NCBI RefSeq assembly: GCF_033153115.1
Contig: NW_026889778.1
Location: forward strand, 41,974,001 to 42,038,000
Source of the DNA: Saccostrea echinata
Lineage: Eukaryota
Length of the DNA: 64,000 nucleotides
Direction of reading: 5' to 3'
Part shown: one piece after another, positions 52,566-64,000 of the stretch
Layout of the letters: the number at the start of each line of letters is the position of its first letter
Numbering within the stretch: the stretch's first letter is position 1
Program-made: the position numbers and the translations under genes
The notes under the pieces: model-generated
Database searches by the model: none
The model's input: only the letters and a program-made list of their open reading frames with translations
Told to the model about the DNA's origin: nothing

Positions 52566-52989
52566 CTAAAAATGTGAAATGATGATTATTATTTTACGGT
52601 ATATTCCCTCCAGGTTAGAGATCTGCAAAAGTGTAATGCATTGTTAATATCATTGACAGTCTTAGGATAACTTAGGCATTCTGTAAGTGACAGAAAACAC
52701 CTGGGATTTTCATACCTGCTGTACTTTTTAAGCCAGAAATGTAAGAGGTTAACAAAAATATCAAATGAATTAAACATCAGCATTGACACCTTCAAAAGGG
52801 GTATTTAATTTACGATAGCAATGGAAATAAATCTTTAAAATGTTAAAATGCATATATATTTATATTAAAAGAGGGAAATACAGATTGATATGAAATAGTA
52901 AAGATTTATATGAATATTGCGTGTATGTTATTTTTATATGATATGTTGTAGAACAGAAACGAAACTAAAACCATTTTTACTTCCTTATA

Positions 52990-53288
52990 GTCGCCCGCGT
53001 GACTCAGTAGTAAAAGCATCTGCTCTAGAGTTGCGAAGTAAGGAGCTGATCCTTACGTCGCGAGTTCGAATCCACTGAGGGGCATGGAGACCGGTCCCTC
53101 GGATTAGACCGTACAAACCGAGGTCCCGCGTCGCAGTAGGTGTTGGCACTAAAAAGATCCCTCACTACTCAATGGCCTTAAGTGCCGAGTATGGGTATAA
53201 ATTTGCAGCCCTCCACCGGCAAGTGGTGGCGTCTCCGTATTAGTGAAAAATTATCGAAAGGGACGTTAAACAATAAACAAACAAACAA
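52990..53288 (+). mobile_element. tRNA-derived SINE (family 2, long-variable-arm head)
   Basis: A-like box, B box gagttcgaatcc, extra arm gtaagga-gctga-tccttac, (aaac)n tail, 11-bp TSD acttccttata. Confidence 0.95.
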
Positions 53289-53816
53289 ACTTCCTTATAA
53301 TGCTTAGGAAGAAACACAGATAGTTCTTTGCCTGATTTAGGATCGCAATCTAGGGTTTACATGCACCGTTGCCAGTAAAATATGTATGCTAATAAACGCG
53401 TATATAAGAGAAGGATATGGGAAACATTGATATAGATTTTGTATATACATTCTTTTTATGTAGAACAGTAAATATTTTAAAAATAAATGAATGCAAGTTT
53501 TGTTTTATAATAGTGCGGACCAATACACAAANNNNNNNNNNNNNNNNNNNNNNNNNNNNNNNNNNNNNNNNNNNNNNNNNNNNNNNNNNNNNNNNNNNNN
53601 NNNNNNNNNNNNNNNNNNNNNNNNNNNNNNNNNNNNNNNNNNNNNNNNNNNNNNNNNNNNNNNNNNNNNNNNNNNNNNNNNNNNNNNNNNNNNNNNNNNN
53701 NNNNACAATATTAGTAAAACGTAAGCGCTTTCATTACTTCTTCAGACGTTTTACATTCCAAAACAATTCAAACATGTGACGTATTTTCATATTAATTACC
53801 GGACACTGTGATATTA

Positions 53817-55088
53817 CAGTGGCGCCTCGTTTATCCGGACGCCTCTGTCCCCAACGAAATCGTCCGGATAAATGAATCGTCCAGATAATTGAATCACATC
53901 TCAAAAAGCACATTATTGTTTCAAATGTGACAGCAAAGAAAAAAAAACATTTAAATTATATTTTGGTTAATTTTTTTAAAAGCAGTAATTGATTAATGAA
54001 AAAATATATTAAAATGTAATTTACACAATAATAAAAAAAATGGATGGGCAATTTTATGCCGAGACCTTCCTTCTCTTTGGCATGTGACTTCATGGGTTGA
54101 GCAAATTTTGATCTACTGTTTTCTTATTTCGCCAAATGATATAATTATTTAAGCTCATATGATATGTGTTATGATATATGAACTGTTCAGCATCATCATT
54201 GAAAATGTTCAAATATAAACTAACCCTGTATATTCCCCGTAAAGTCATTACACAGGGTTACTATAAAATTTAACTGAACACTGCAAGCTAACTCAAACAA
54301 AGTATTAAAAACATTCGTAAACACAAGCCATCTTCATGATTATCAATATTATTTTTTTCTACAGACGCTAAGTTTGAATTTCGATCATTAAAAAATGCCT
54401 TGAAAAACGTAATCAACTTCTGTACGTAACGCCATTTTTATATGTAATGGACGTTTGTAAACGGTAGTACATTAAATAGAGATATTTCTTCAATTATGTC
54501 CCTTTCTATACTGTCTTGTGGGGAAAAAGCGTTTCAAATACAGTTACGTTTTTTTAGAAATGGAACATCGTATTTTAAACTAACGCAATCGACATGATAA
54601 AGAGCATTACGAAATCGCTCATTATTTATTGTTCATTTTATTTACAACTCTCCAAAATTCTCCTGAATTTACCGATGTATATACGGTTAGCAAAATGATT
54701 TTGAACGGATTGTTATTTAATTAATGCACAGTGTCAGCTAAATTCTTTGAGCTTCATAATAAAGATAAACGTGTGATTGAATTGGGGAAACACACACTAA
54801 TTATAGACGCTATTGTCTGTAGGTCACAGGTAACCGCCTTCAAACTGACTCCATGTTTTTACAACAATTAACACGAGTGCAAGATAAGTGTGAAAATGTC
54901 GTTTCTTGAAAAAATACCGTCCGGATAAACGAGTCATTTTTCAATGAACTATTATGTTTTGTAGTAGAAATTGACCGTCCGGATACGGAACGCGAATTTC
55001 CGGATTAATGAGACAAAATAACGTGGAAAAAATCGGTTCCGAAAAAATATCATCCGGATGGTGAAGCGTCCGGATGAATGGTGTCGGG
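53817..55088. mobile_element. pogo/Tigger-like non-autonomous element, right end in N gap
   Basis: ta|CAGTGGCGCCTCGTTTATCCGGAC start; tccgga subterminal repeats at both ends. Confidence 0.7.
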
Positions 55089-56279
55089 NNNNNNNNNNNN
55101 NNNNNNNNNNNNNNNNNNNNNNNNNNNNNNNNNNNNNNNNNNNNNNNNNNNNNNNNNNNNNNNNNNNNNNNNNNNNNNNNNNNNNNNNNNNNNNNNNNNN
55201 NNNNNNNNNNNNNNNNNNNNNNNNNNNNNNNNNNNNNNNNNNNNGAGAGGGCACGGGGGGGGGGGTGCCCCCAATAATTTTTTAGGCAAGTTAAAAAAAA
55301 CTTGCTTTCGATGCCGATGGAATTCTCGCGGCGTTGTCCCACACTACACGGTCATTGAGAATGGACGTGGGATACAGTTATTTGAACATTAGTTTTATTA
55401 GAGGATCGTCACCGATTCACATTGTATTGAATTAATTTTATTTATAACTCAAGGAATCCTCAAGATTAAATGTGAAAAATAATTCCTTCTTGTATTTTTT
55501 TTTACTTATTCACCTGCTTTAGGCCCATTCGCAAATGAAAGCTGCCTTGGCTTTTTGATATTGTTTTTGTGGATGACCAATTATTTTATTTGTATTTCAG
55601 AGTTTTTGTCTTGAACGTTTAATACACTAAGACTCTAATACTTTAAATTTTACAGTAAAGGGAAGCGAATTTTATTTACCATACCTATACTGGATTCCAA
55701 ACAAAAAAATCCCTTATTGACATAAATTGCCGGATTTAGTAAATGCTCTACCAAACAACTATTTTTACTCCTGGCAGAAATATTTACTCCTGTGAAGGAG
55801 AAACCCCAGAAATCATGTTCTAAGACTATTTTAGAAGTTGTATCTATCAAATATGGATTCTCAAAACACTCAAACAACACTTTCAGAAATACACGTAATT
55901 TGAAATCACGGTTATTTTCCTAAAAAATCAGCAACATCAAAACGTATTATTTTCAAGAATTTATGTACATACAACCATTCCAACAATGATATCAACAATG
56001 ATAGATAGAGAAAATACCATTTCTCTCATGCTTTGACATCTAGATGATAAGATGGGATTTACAGAAATCATGAACGAGAGTCAAAACAAGTGCATTGAAA
56101 GTAAACAGTTTTTGTTGAGGAAAAATATGTTATCGACTGTGTCTGCGGAAAGATAGTTTCGCAATTTTTAACTGAGAATTCCACCTTGTTATCACAATTT
56201 AATTGCATTCATTTATTCGAATGTCGTTTCGTTATTCGATTTGGTCCATTCTACTGATACATGCAGTGTAATATTCGAT

Positions 56280-56491
56280 TAGTGAGAAGTCACTTATTTT
56301 CGTGGAGGTTAAATTTTCGTTGTTTTCGAGGTATGAAGAGATCCACAAATTCAGGTCCACCTTGAAATGTAAAGTTTCATATATACACCTACTCAACAAT
56401 TCTTCATCCATGAAATTAAATCTCCTTGAACCTGTGTTTTTTCCTTAAACCACGAAAATTTGACCCCACGAAAATATGTGATTTTACATTA
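56280..56491. mobile_element. MITE (TA-flanked, ~45-bp imperfect TIRs)
   Basis: tcacttattttcgtggaggttaaattttcgt / acgaaaatttgaccccacgaaaatatgtga. Confidence 0.7.
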
Positions 56492-56619
56492 TTCCTTGAA
56501 ATCACCAGTTATATATTATATCGAATTGAAATACAGCGTGATATCAGGGTGTGCTTAAGGATTAAGGATGAAAATACTAGACAAGAAAGTATTCATTTAC
56601 TTTTCGTTTGATCTGACTG

Positions 56620-57587
56620 TACGAGGGGTGATCAAAAAGTTCGCGAACTATATCTTTATTTACGAAACCACAATTAAGATCAGAATGAAATTTGGCACTC
56701 ATGTAGTCATACACGTGTTCTATAAAAAGCAAATGTTATTCAATGTTTTGCTCCATGTTTGTGAAGTCACAATGTGAAAATGACGTCAATATATGTAGGT
56801 GACTTGTGACAAAAAATGGATAACTCTGTTGTACTCGAGCAACGAACGACTGTAAATTTTATCGTATATCTAGGAAATTTCTTTGCAGTAGTATATAATA
56901 ATTTGTACAAGGTTTATGATGACAGAATACTTGTCAGAAGTTCAATTATTAATTGGATTGATTGTTTTAGTGAAGGAAGGGAGATGGTTAAATATGATGT
57001 TTGTTCTTGTGTCAAGTGAAAGCAAGCTGGAGAAGAGATGTGTCCTTAGTTGAGCAATTTGTTATGACAGATCGCCAAGTGAAAGTTGGAAAAATAGTTG
57101 AATATCTTAACAATAATATAATTATTATATCCCTAAAATATCGTTTACTTTAGACTTTAAACATATCAGATATGATAAAAAGAAGGCGTCCATACTTTAT
57201 CCACGTTGGATAAACGACGCTTCCAAGACAGCGGATTCGGATTGTGATGGTCCCCATGCTAATTCTTGGAAAGGATATCCTTTTCCACCCATCCTATTAC
57301 CAAGATTTGGCCATTTCTGATAAATGGACTGTTCTTGTTATAAAAAATAACTTGCGTGGTAAGAAATATAATACTCTGAAAAATCTTTTAGCTTCTGTGA
57401 ACAGAACGCCAAGGGGCATGTCACTTGACTGCCTGTATCAAGTGATTCGCACTTGGGCAGAACGGTGGCAAATATGCATTAAAATCGGAGAGGACTACTT
57501 TAAAAAATAATGAACACTTAAATCTAATTTCATTCCTTTTATGGAAGTAATTCAATTAGTTTGTGAATTTTTTGATCACCCCTCGTA
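56620..57587 (+). mobile_element. Mariner element, decayed transposase
   Basis: TIR TACGAGGGGTGATCAAAAAGTTCGCGAACTA (near-perfect); HTH remnant LEQRTTVNF..LYKVY..INWIDCFSEGR; HPSYYQDLAISD (cf. HPPYSPDLAPSD); RWQICIKIGEDYF. Confidence 0.93.
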
Positions 57588-58829
57588 TTGTCTTTAATTA
57601 AACCCAATTTTAAGCAATTCTCTCCATTATCTAGCGTGATTGAAATAAATATGATTGAAGGCTTTAAATGTCTAAATTCATACTTACATGTAAATGTTAT
57701 ACTCTGCATTCAACGATTATATTTTTCTGAATACAGCTACTGCTGAATATGTCCTTATTCATTTCTCTACAATGGCCGATTTTAAAGATACCGTCAAACA
57801 CAATCAGTACAAAGATTTTTAGAGACTTGACTTAACATTCCTCACAGTGTCATATTAATAAAATATACTCGAATATAAGAACACCATCCCTATTACAGGC
57901 TAACAAGTGCCGAATCAAAGAGTTACAAGTCACAGCAGTTTACTATCGAGAACTGTGCTCACCATACTGTTATGGGTTAAAGAAAGCTTAATCAACAGCA
58001 ACATAGGTACTGAGGAAGTATTCTCAGACACGTCCAAATTCAACTAAAAGTAAAACTTACACTCAGACACGTCTAGCTTCAGCTAACACTTAAATTCAAT
58101 TCAATCATGTCAAGGAACTCAGAAAAGCATTTGGAAATGAGTTTTCTAGAAAGGGCCATTTTAATAAGTCAATCATTTTCCTTCTTTAAGAAGGCTAGTC
58201 AATGCCTTTAGTGGCGCTTCGTGTCACAAATGCGATCAAACTACTAAAAAATGGATTTGTTGTTATATGATTATAGCACCAACAGTATAATCAGGAATGT
58301 TATACTTTCGACAAATAAAAGCTGAACCATCCAAATGTAATTATAGTCCTTGAAATTACAATGTGTCTCAATAAAAAATGGAAGTAGTCACCAGTTGTGC
58401 TATGTCTGTCTTACTAAAGTCTTAATCAACTCAGTTCGTGACAAATCCAACTTTCTGGTTAAACCACTGTTAATATATTACAAATGATTTATATGCCTTC
58501 TGACGTTGACCTTGAACCAAACCAAATGATCTTACATAGCTCAGATAAACAAAAATATTATGTCAATTTTGAGTCTTAAAAGAAAATCATATAAATAATC
58601 CTTGCAAAATAAAGGACAAAGCATGATTCAAACAAGGAGGAGGACACAGAGTCCCAAAAAGACTTTCCGATTTAGTATTATTGTTACAGGAACTCTTAAC
58701 AAAAAAGGAGTATGTAAAATAATTCAGCATTATTGATAAAACAATGGCTTTTAATGCAACAACTAGAACGCAGTTTAGGAGCAATGGAATATGAAGATAA
58801 CATACAGTAATCAAGCTCAAAAGTCGATT

Positions 58830-59270
58830 GAATCAAAACAAAATGGAAACACGGACCCCTAAAATATCCGAGGTGGGATCAGATGCAATGGAGGAATACG
58901 CATCCCCTGTCGACTGGTCACACCCACCGTGTGATTCTTGTCATGATCGGGGAAACGGAAGAATCCGTAGACAATTTAGTATGAAAATAATGTCCTAAAA
59001 ATTTGTACGAAAAACGTCAGTCAACATTCGATTTAATGATCGATTGTATTAGCTGACAAGGTCATTGTATCGAGCATTAGCGAAATCTTGTTCATCGAAG
59101 TATTTGTTAATAGCTTGTCTGGTTTTAGAAATTGTTCGTACGTAGAGCATGCTCTATCGAATCAACTGGGAGACATGAACTCCATGTGTAGGTGATAATG
59201 GTATATTACACCATAATGGCGATAGAAAAGTTAGAGTCATCATTTATCATAAAGTTTTGTTGTTAGGTTA
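58830..59270 (-). mobile_element. Naiad-type Penelope-like element, 3' fragment
   Basis: Reverse-complement homolog of 62610-63080, including the 3' motif at ~58870-58930. Confidence 0.88.
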
Positions 59271-60664
59271 AAGTCTTAAAGTCCTTAAAGTCTTTTTCAG
59301 TCTAAAGAAACATGCAATACGTACCCGCCAACATCTAATAAACATGATAAGATATTTCTGTTCTCTTGACCTCGTTACAGTAACAGAGAGAATAATGATT
59401 CAAATTGTCAAGGATTGTCAAAAATACTACGTACCTACAGGTTGACTGTATAAATCTAACAAAAAATTAAAACAACAATCCTATAGAGCTAAAAGTACGA
59501 AAAACATTCAGTTTTTTTAACTATATTTTTCAGTGCATGAGCTTTAAACCACTTGAAATATCTTCATCAAATTGATACAAGTGAAAAATAGACAAAATTA
59601 TTTCTGACCCCTAAATACATGTACAAGCTTTTTTTCTAATTCCTGACATCAAAATCTGAAATAAAAGGTGCAACTATGGACCAGAAGTTGTGGTATATGA
59701 CCTACCATATCTAATGAAATATTTTCCAATATTGGCAATTATTTCAATTGCCTCATTTTACATGTACTGACAATATTGCCAGTAACTGCTTTCTTTTGTT
59801 CAATCAAAGACAATATGAACACATTTTGTAATTACTGTTTTTTCTAAGCTTAGGTAATGCATATATTTTTCTACCCCCTTAATCTTTTACTTCATTCAGA
59901 ATTGATTCTTAATTTTAATGGGGGCTTTTCGTGCAAGTTCACCGCGATGGAAACTGTTTCTTGTAATTAAATATGACTTTGAATTAAAAACAATTTAACC
60001 ACAGATGTTTATGTTTTGTATATATCTTTGATGTACAAATTAAAATACCATATTTAAATTAAGTGACAAATCAAAACAAATTTCTTCTAGTAAATAGCTT
60101 ACTAGATGTCCTTGAGATGTGTAGTTAAATCAAGGCTATGCACTGATATGAATTCTGATGTTTTAGAGATTTATTTTACAATCAATTGATTAGAGTATAG
60201 GTATCAAATACATACAGGTAAATCCTATCTGGTAATTTTAATGTTACAATTTCGTTGTTCTATTGTCGTAAAAGCTGTATATTCGATACAGAAAATAATA
60301 ATCATTTTGTCCAAATTTTGAAAAAAAAAAAATTAATGCAAGACTTTCCTAGGCACCAAGATACAGTAATCTGTATATCATAATAGACAATTGAAAGGGG
60401 GGAGACGATAAAAGGGTCCTGCAGATGTCTTCTAGTTAGTTCATCTTTAATAACCTTTGTCAAAGTTGACAAGATGAAATAAGATACCGTGTACTAAAAC
60501 TACAATTAACGTGCAAGTGCATGTATGTTCGTGTTGCTATTGGCTTGTTGATTTCAGTCCAATTTTATTATTTTTATTCTAGGAGAAATCAAATTCTAAA
60601 ATTGATAAATATATTAGTAGGTTCATGTACATATGAATCATGTATAACAACTTCCAGATAAAAC

Positions 60665-60865
60665 ACAAATGCTGAAGTTGGGATCAATATTCAACAGGGT
60701 CAATTTTCAACGCGTTGATGTCATAAGTGCCAAAAGAAAATTATTAAGTTATTCAACGATGAAAGACGGACCCCGGGTCAATTTCGAACCCGTGTTTTCC
60801 TATATTTTTATTGATTTTGATTCTGATTAGACATTGATTTATTGTGATGTAATGACACCGTCGCG
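60665..60865. repeat. Decayed element end with gggtcaattttcaac repeats
   Basis: Several gg(g)tcaatWttcaac-like units ending in tgacaccg. Confidence 0.35.
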
Positions 60866-61017
60866 ACTTCCAAAAACATGAAGTCATCCAAAAAAAAATA
60901 ACACAATCATGGTAAGATTTGCGAGCACTGCAATCAAACTGCAGATAATGCATCAGATACAAATTGTGTATTTTATGAATTTGTTTTCCATGTTAATGAA
61001 GAAAAACAAAATACTAC

Positions 61018-61480
61018 TTTTAGGTCACCTGAGTAACTCAGGTTACCTAATGTTGTCTGTTTTCGTTGTGCGTCGTGTGTCTAGTGTTAACATTTGAACA
61101 TTCTTCTGTGCAACCGCCGAACCAATTTCAACCAATTTTGGCATACACATGTAGCATCTATGTATGAAATGGAATAAAATTTGTGAGTTGTATGGTCTTC
61201 ACCCCCTTGGGACCTGAGGGGCAGGGCCAAAACCAATTAAAATTAATGCAAGCTTTAAAAATTGTCTATATTACTGGACACCAAACAGTCAATCTGTTTG
61301 CTTGATTGTAGTAAGCATTGAGCCCTCTTTTCAAATATGAAATTCATGGCCTAGGGTTAGGGGTTCTGGTTTTGGGGTGGGGCTCTATAAATGTCATTGT
61401 GAAATTGCATTATTTCTTTGAAAATCTTCTCCTCTGCTCCAGGGTATTTAGCAGATATACTAAGTACATGGTTATGATGA
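61018..61480 (+). mobile_element. Helentron/HINE 5' part with satellite units
   Basis: aggtcacctgagt-a-actcaggttacct hairpin, cgtc-type microsatellite remnant, then units like 34300-34930. Confidence 0.8.
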
Positions 61481-61484
61481 AATA

Positions 61485-61755
61485 AATAACATATGCGGAT
61501 AAACTGAAAATAAACGCCGAATAGAAACGTCAAACAGACGTCGGTAACATTCTCGCCGAGCTGCGATAGAAAAAAAAAAATAACGTTGTGCTTATCTTTA
61601 AAAATATTTCAAAAAGTATTTTATATAACTGAATGAAGTTTTAAGGCAAAAGACAAAATAAATAGGGGAATTAGTATGTAAATTGTCGTTCAAAAATTTC
61701 GATTTATAAAGATTTTATAGCAGTTGTGACATCACTTTTTGATAAACCCTCGTAT
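61485..61755. mobile_element. Mariner-like single end
   Basis: Ends cactttttgataaaccctcgta, similar to the TIRs ending at 40054 and 57587; no partner TIR found. Confidence 0.5.
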
Positions 61756-62029
61756 TTACATGTAATATTAATTTGTCTTTTTTATAGAGATATAATTACT
61801 GAAAGTGTATGCAGACAAAATATATTCAAAACATATTTTGAAGGTTAAATGATGAATTGATCGTGTTTTTTTAAAGACAAGAATGATCATCCATTGCTGT
61901 AGATGTTGCCAAGTAGAATAAACATGCCTGTGAAAAAAATCCTATTTGGAGCTTAATTAAAATGGCGTTTGTTTGATTGACCCACTAACATTAGCCATAC
62001 GATTTTTAAAAAATATTATTATAATTATT

Positions 62030-63150
62030 ATTACGAAAGACTTTTCAACATTTTATACAACCATTCCCCACGATAAATTGAAGTCCAGGCTTTTTGACAT
62101 CATAGACAGCTGCTTTTCAATAAAAATGGAACTCGTAAATATACTTACCTTGTCATTGGTCATTTACAGAATTATTTTGTTAAAAAGCACTCTGATTGTA
62201 CAAACAAGTACACTGAAGTTGATATTAAAAAGATGCTTAAGTTTCTGATTGACAATATTTATGTAGTTTTTGGAGATCAGGTCTTCCAACAATCTGTTGG
62301 AATTCCCATGGGAACCAATTGCGCCCCCTTATTAGCAGACCTATTTTTGTATTCAAATGAAGCAGAATTTATCCAAAAACTTCGACATGAGAAGAAGAAA
62401 ACACGTGCTGTGGTTTTCAATTCGACATTTAGATATATCGACGACGCATTATCAATTAACAATAGTTACTTTGATTCGTATGTCGACTCAATATATCCCA
62501 GTGAGCTTGAAATAAAAAGATTCCACAGATTCTGACACATATGTTTCATAGATATTTTATTTTATATTTTCGTAGATATTTTACTAGAAAAAGACATTAA
62601 TGGTAACCTAACAACAAAGCTTTATGATAAACGTGATGACTTCAACTTTTCAATCGTCAACTTCCCTTACTTATGTAGCAATGTACCTTTATCACCTGCA
62701 TATGGGGTTTATGTCTCTCAGTTGATTCGATACGCAAGAGCATGCTCTACGTAGGAACAATTTCTAAAACGAGGCAAGCTATTGACAAACAAGTTGATGA
62801 AACAAGGATATCAACAGTCTCGTTTGAATTCATCTTTTCGCAAGTTTTACGGTCGATACAATGACCTTGTCAGCACATACAATCTATCATTGAGTCAAAT
62901 GCTGACTGACGTTTTTCATACTAATTGTTAGGCCATTATTTATACACTGAACTGTCTACGGATTTCTCCGTTATTACCCAATCATGACAAGGAGCACAGG
63001 GCGGGTGTGACCGGTCGGCAGGGGATGCTCACTCCTCCATGGCACCTGATCCCACCTCTAAATTATGAGGTGTTTGCTCTGCTTCAAATTTGTATCGTTT
63101 CATTGGACTTTCGAGATTGAATACTGTTCGTTATCATCATATTTCATTAT
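62030..63150 (+). mobile_element. Naiad-type Penelope-like retroelement, 5'-truncated (best copy in window)
   Basis: DFSTFYTTIPH, QQSVGIPMGTNCAPLLADLFLY, FRYIDD, TKLYDKRDDFNF.IVNFP, PAYGVYVSQLIRYARAC, RKFYGRYNDL; ORF ends without a C-terminal endonuclease; frameshifts and stop. Confidence 0.93.
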
Positions 63151-63195
63151 TATGATCATCATCATCATCATTATCATCAACATCATTATTATTTG
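63130..63195. repeat. (ATC)n/(ATT)n microsatellite
   Basis: Directly visible. Confidence 0.85.
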
Positions 63196-64000
63196 AATTT
63201 TTATCATTATTTCTTAATTTTTCCTGGGATATTTACACAATTTATATATTATTTCCCGGTCATCATCTATCCAGGCAGTTTTGAACGTTTTTCAGAATAG
63301 ATTATGAGCGTAATGAATAGTGATAGTTTTCATGTAACCAATAAAAGGTGTAGTTATAAATGCTTTTATAAAAGAAGGAAATTATAAGTATTGATATAGT
63401 TGTCGTAGTATTCTTTTTATGTTGAACAACAAGAACCCTAACGAAAAAAGAATAAATTTTGGTTCAAAACAGTGGTGACGAATAAACAGAAATAGTGCAG
63501 TTGTGTAATCCAGAATCACTGGAAGAATTCCAAGGCACTCAATCACGCAGGAAAACACGCATAAAACACAGGAAAGTCGATAATTTTTAGTATTATGTTT
63601 TCATTGCTTAAACGAGTAAGGTATGTAATAATTCCTTTCTGTTTTTACCTATTTGTTTACAATGCTTTAGACCCAGTCTATGACTGTTAGCTATTCTTTT
63701 CTTTTATATTCTTTTTGTGTTGGGCCAAATAATTCATCTGCTTTCTCTACTTTATACAGAAACTGTTGATCTTTACATCCTTAAGAGCATTTGATTAACA
63801 ATCGATATGATTGATTTTAACATTGTTTAAGGTAAAATTGTGATATTTAAGCATAGTATTCGAACCTAGTGCAGAACGAAAACTTCGTTAATTTTTGTTT
63901 TATTACTAAATAAGCAAGAATTTTACTTCTGCTAAATCTTTCATGTTTGCTAAATTCATGAAATAAAAATTAGTAATAACTATGTCAAAAGAAACATTAA

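Noticed and set aside
62233-62930. Selenocysteine recoding, as reported for some Naiads
   Set aside because: Disruptions here are frameshifts and a TAG; I see no conserved in-frame TGA or SECIS

Overview
AT-rich animal genomic DNA. The repeat families (Naiad-type Penelope RTs, tRNA-SINEs, HINE/satellite elements) point to a bivalve, probably an oyster; this is an inference. The only clear host gene is a minus-strand plexin-like gene at the left end: a signal peptide plus Sema domain in three exons (5235-3501) and a PSI-type exon at 71-1. The other ~58 kb is mostly decayed transposons: Penelope-like retroelements of two classes, four SINEs, mariner/Tc1/pogo, Kolobok-, hAT-, Harbinger- and CACTA-like non-autonomous elements, and Helentron-type satellites, with six short N gaps. 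The most notable items are (i) an intact, apparently spliced 48-aa CxxC...CxxC zinc-ribbon ORF resembling DUF5679, inside a tandem duplication whose second copy is pseudogenised; (ii) a hammerhead-like motif at the end of an intronic Penelope remnant; (iii) a conserved, foldable 3' motif in four Naiad copies; (iv) a four-level nest of DNA transposons; and (v) apparently missing PSI exons in the plexin. All family assignments come from motif recognition by eye; no database searches were run.
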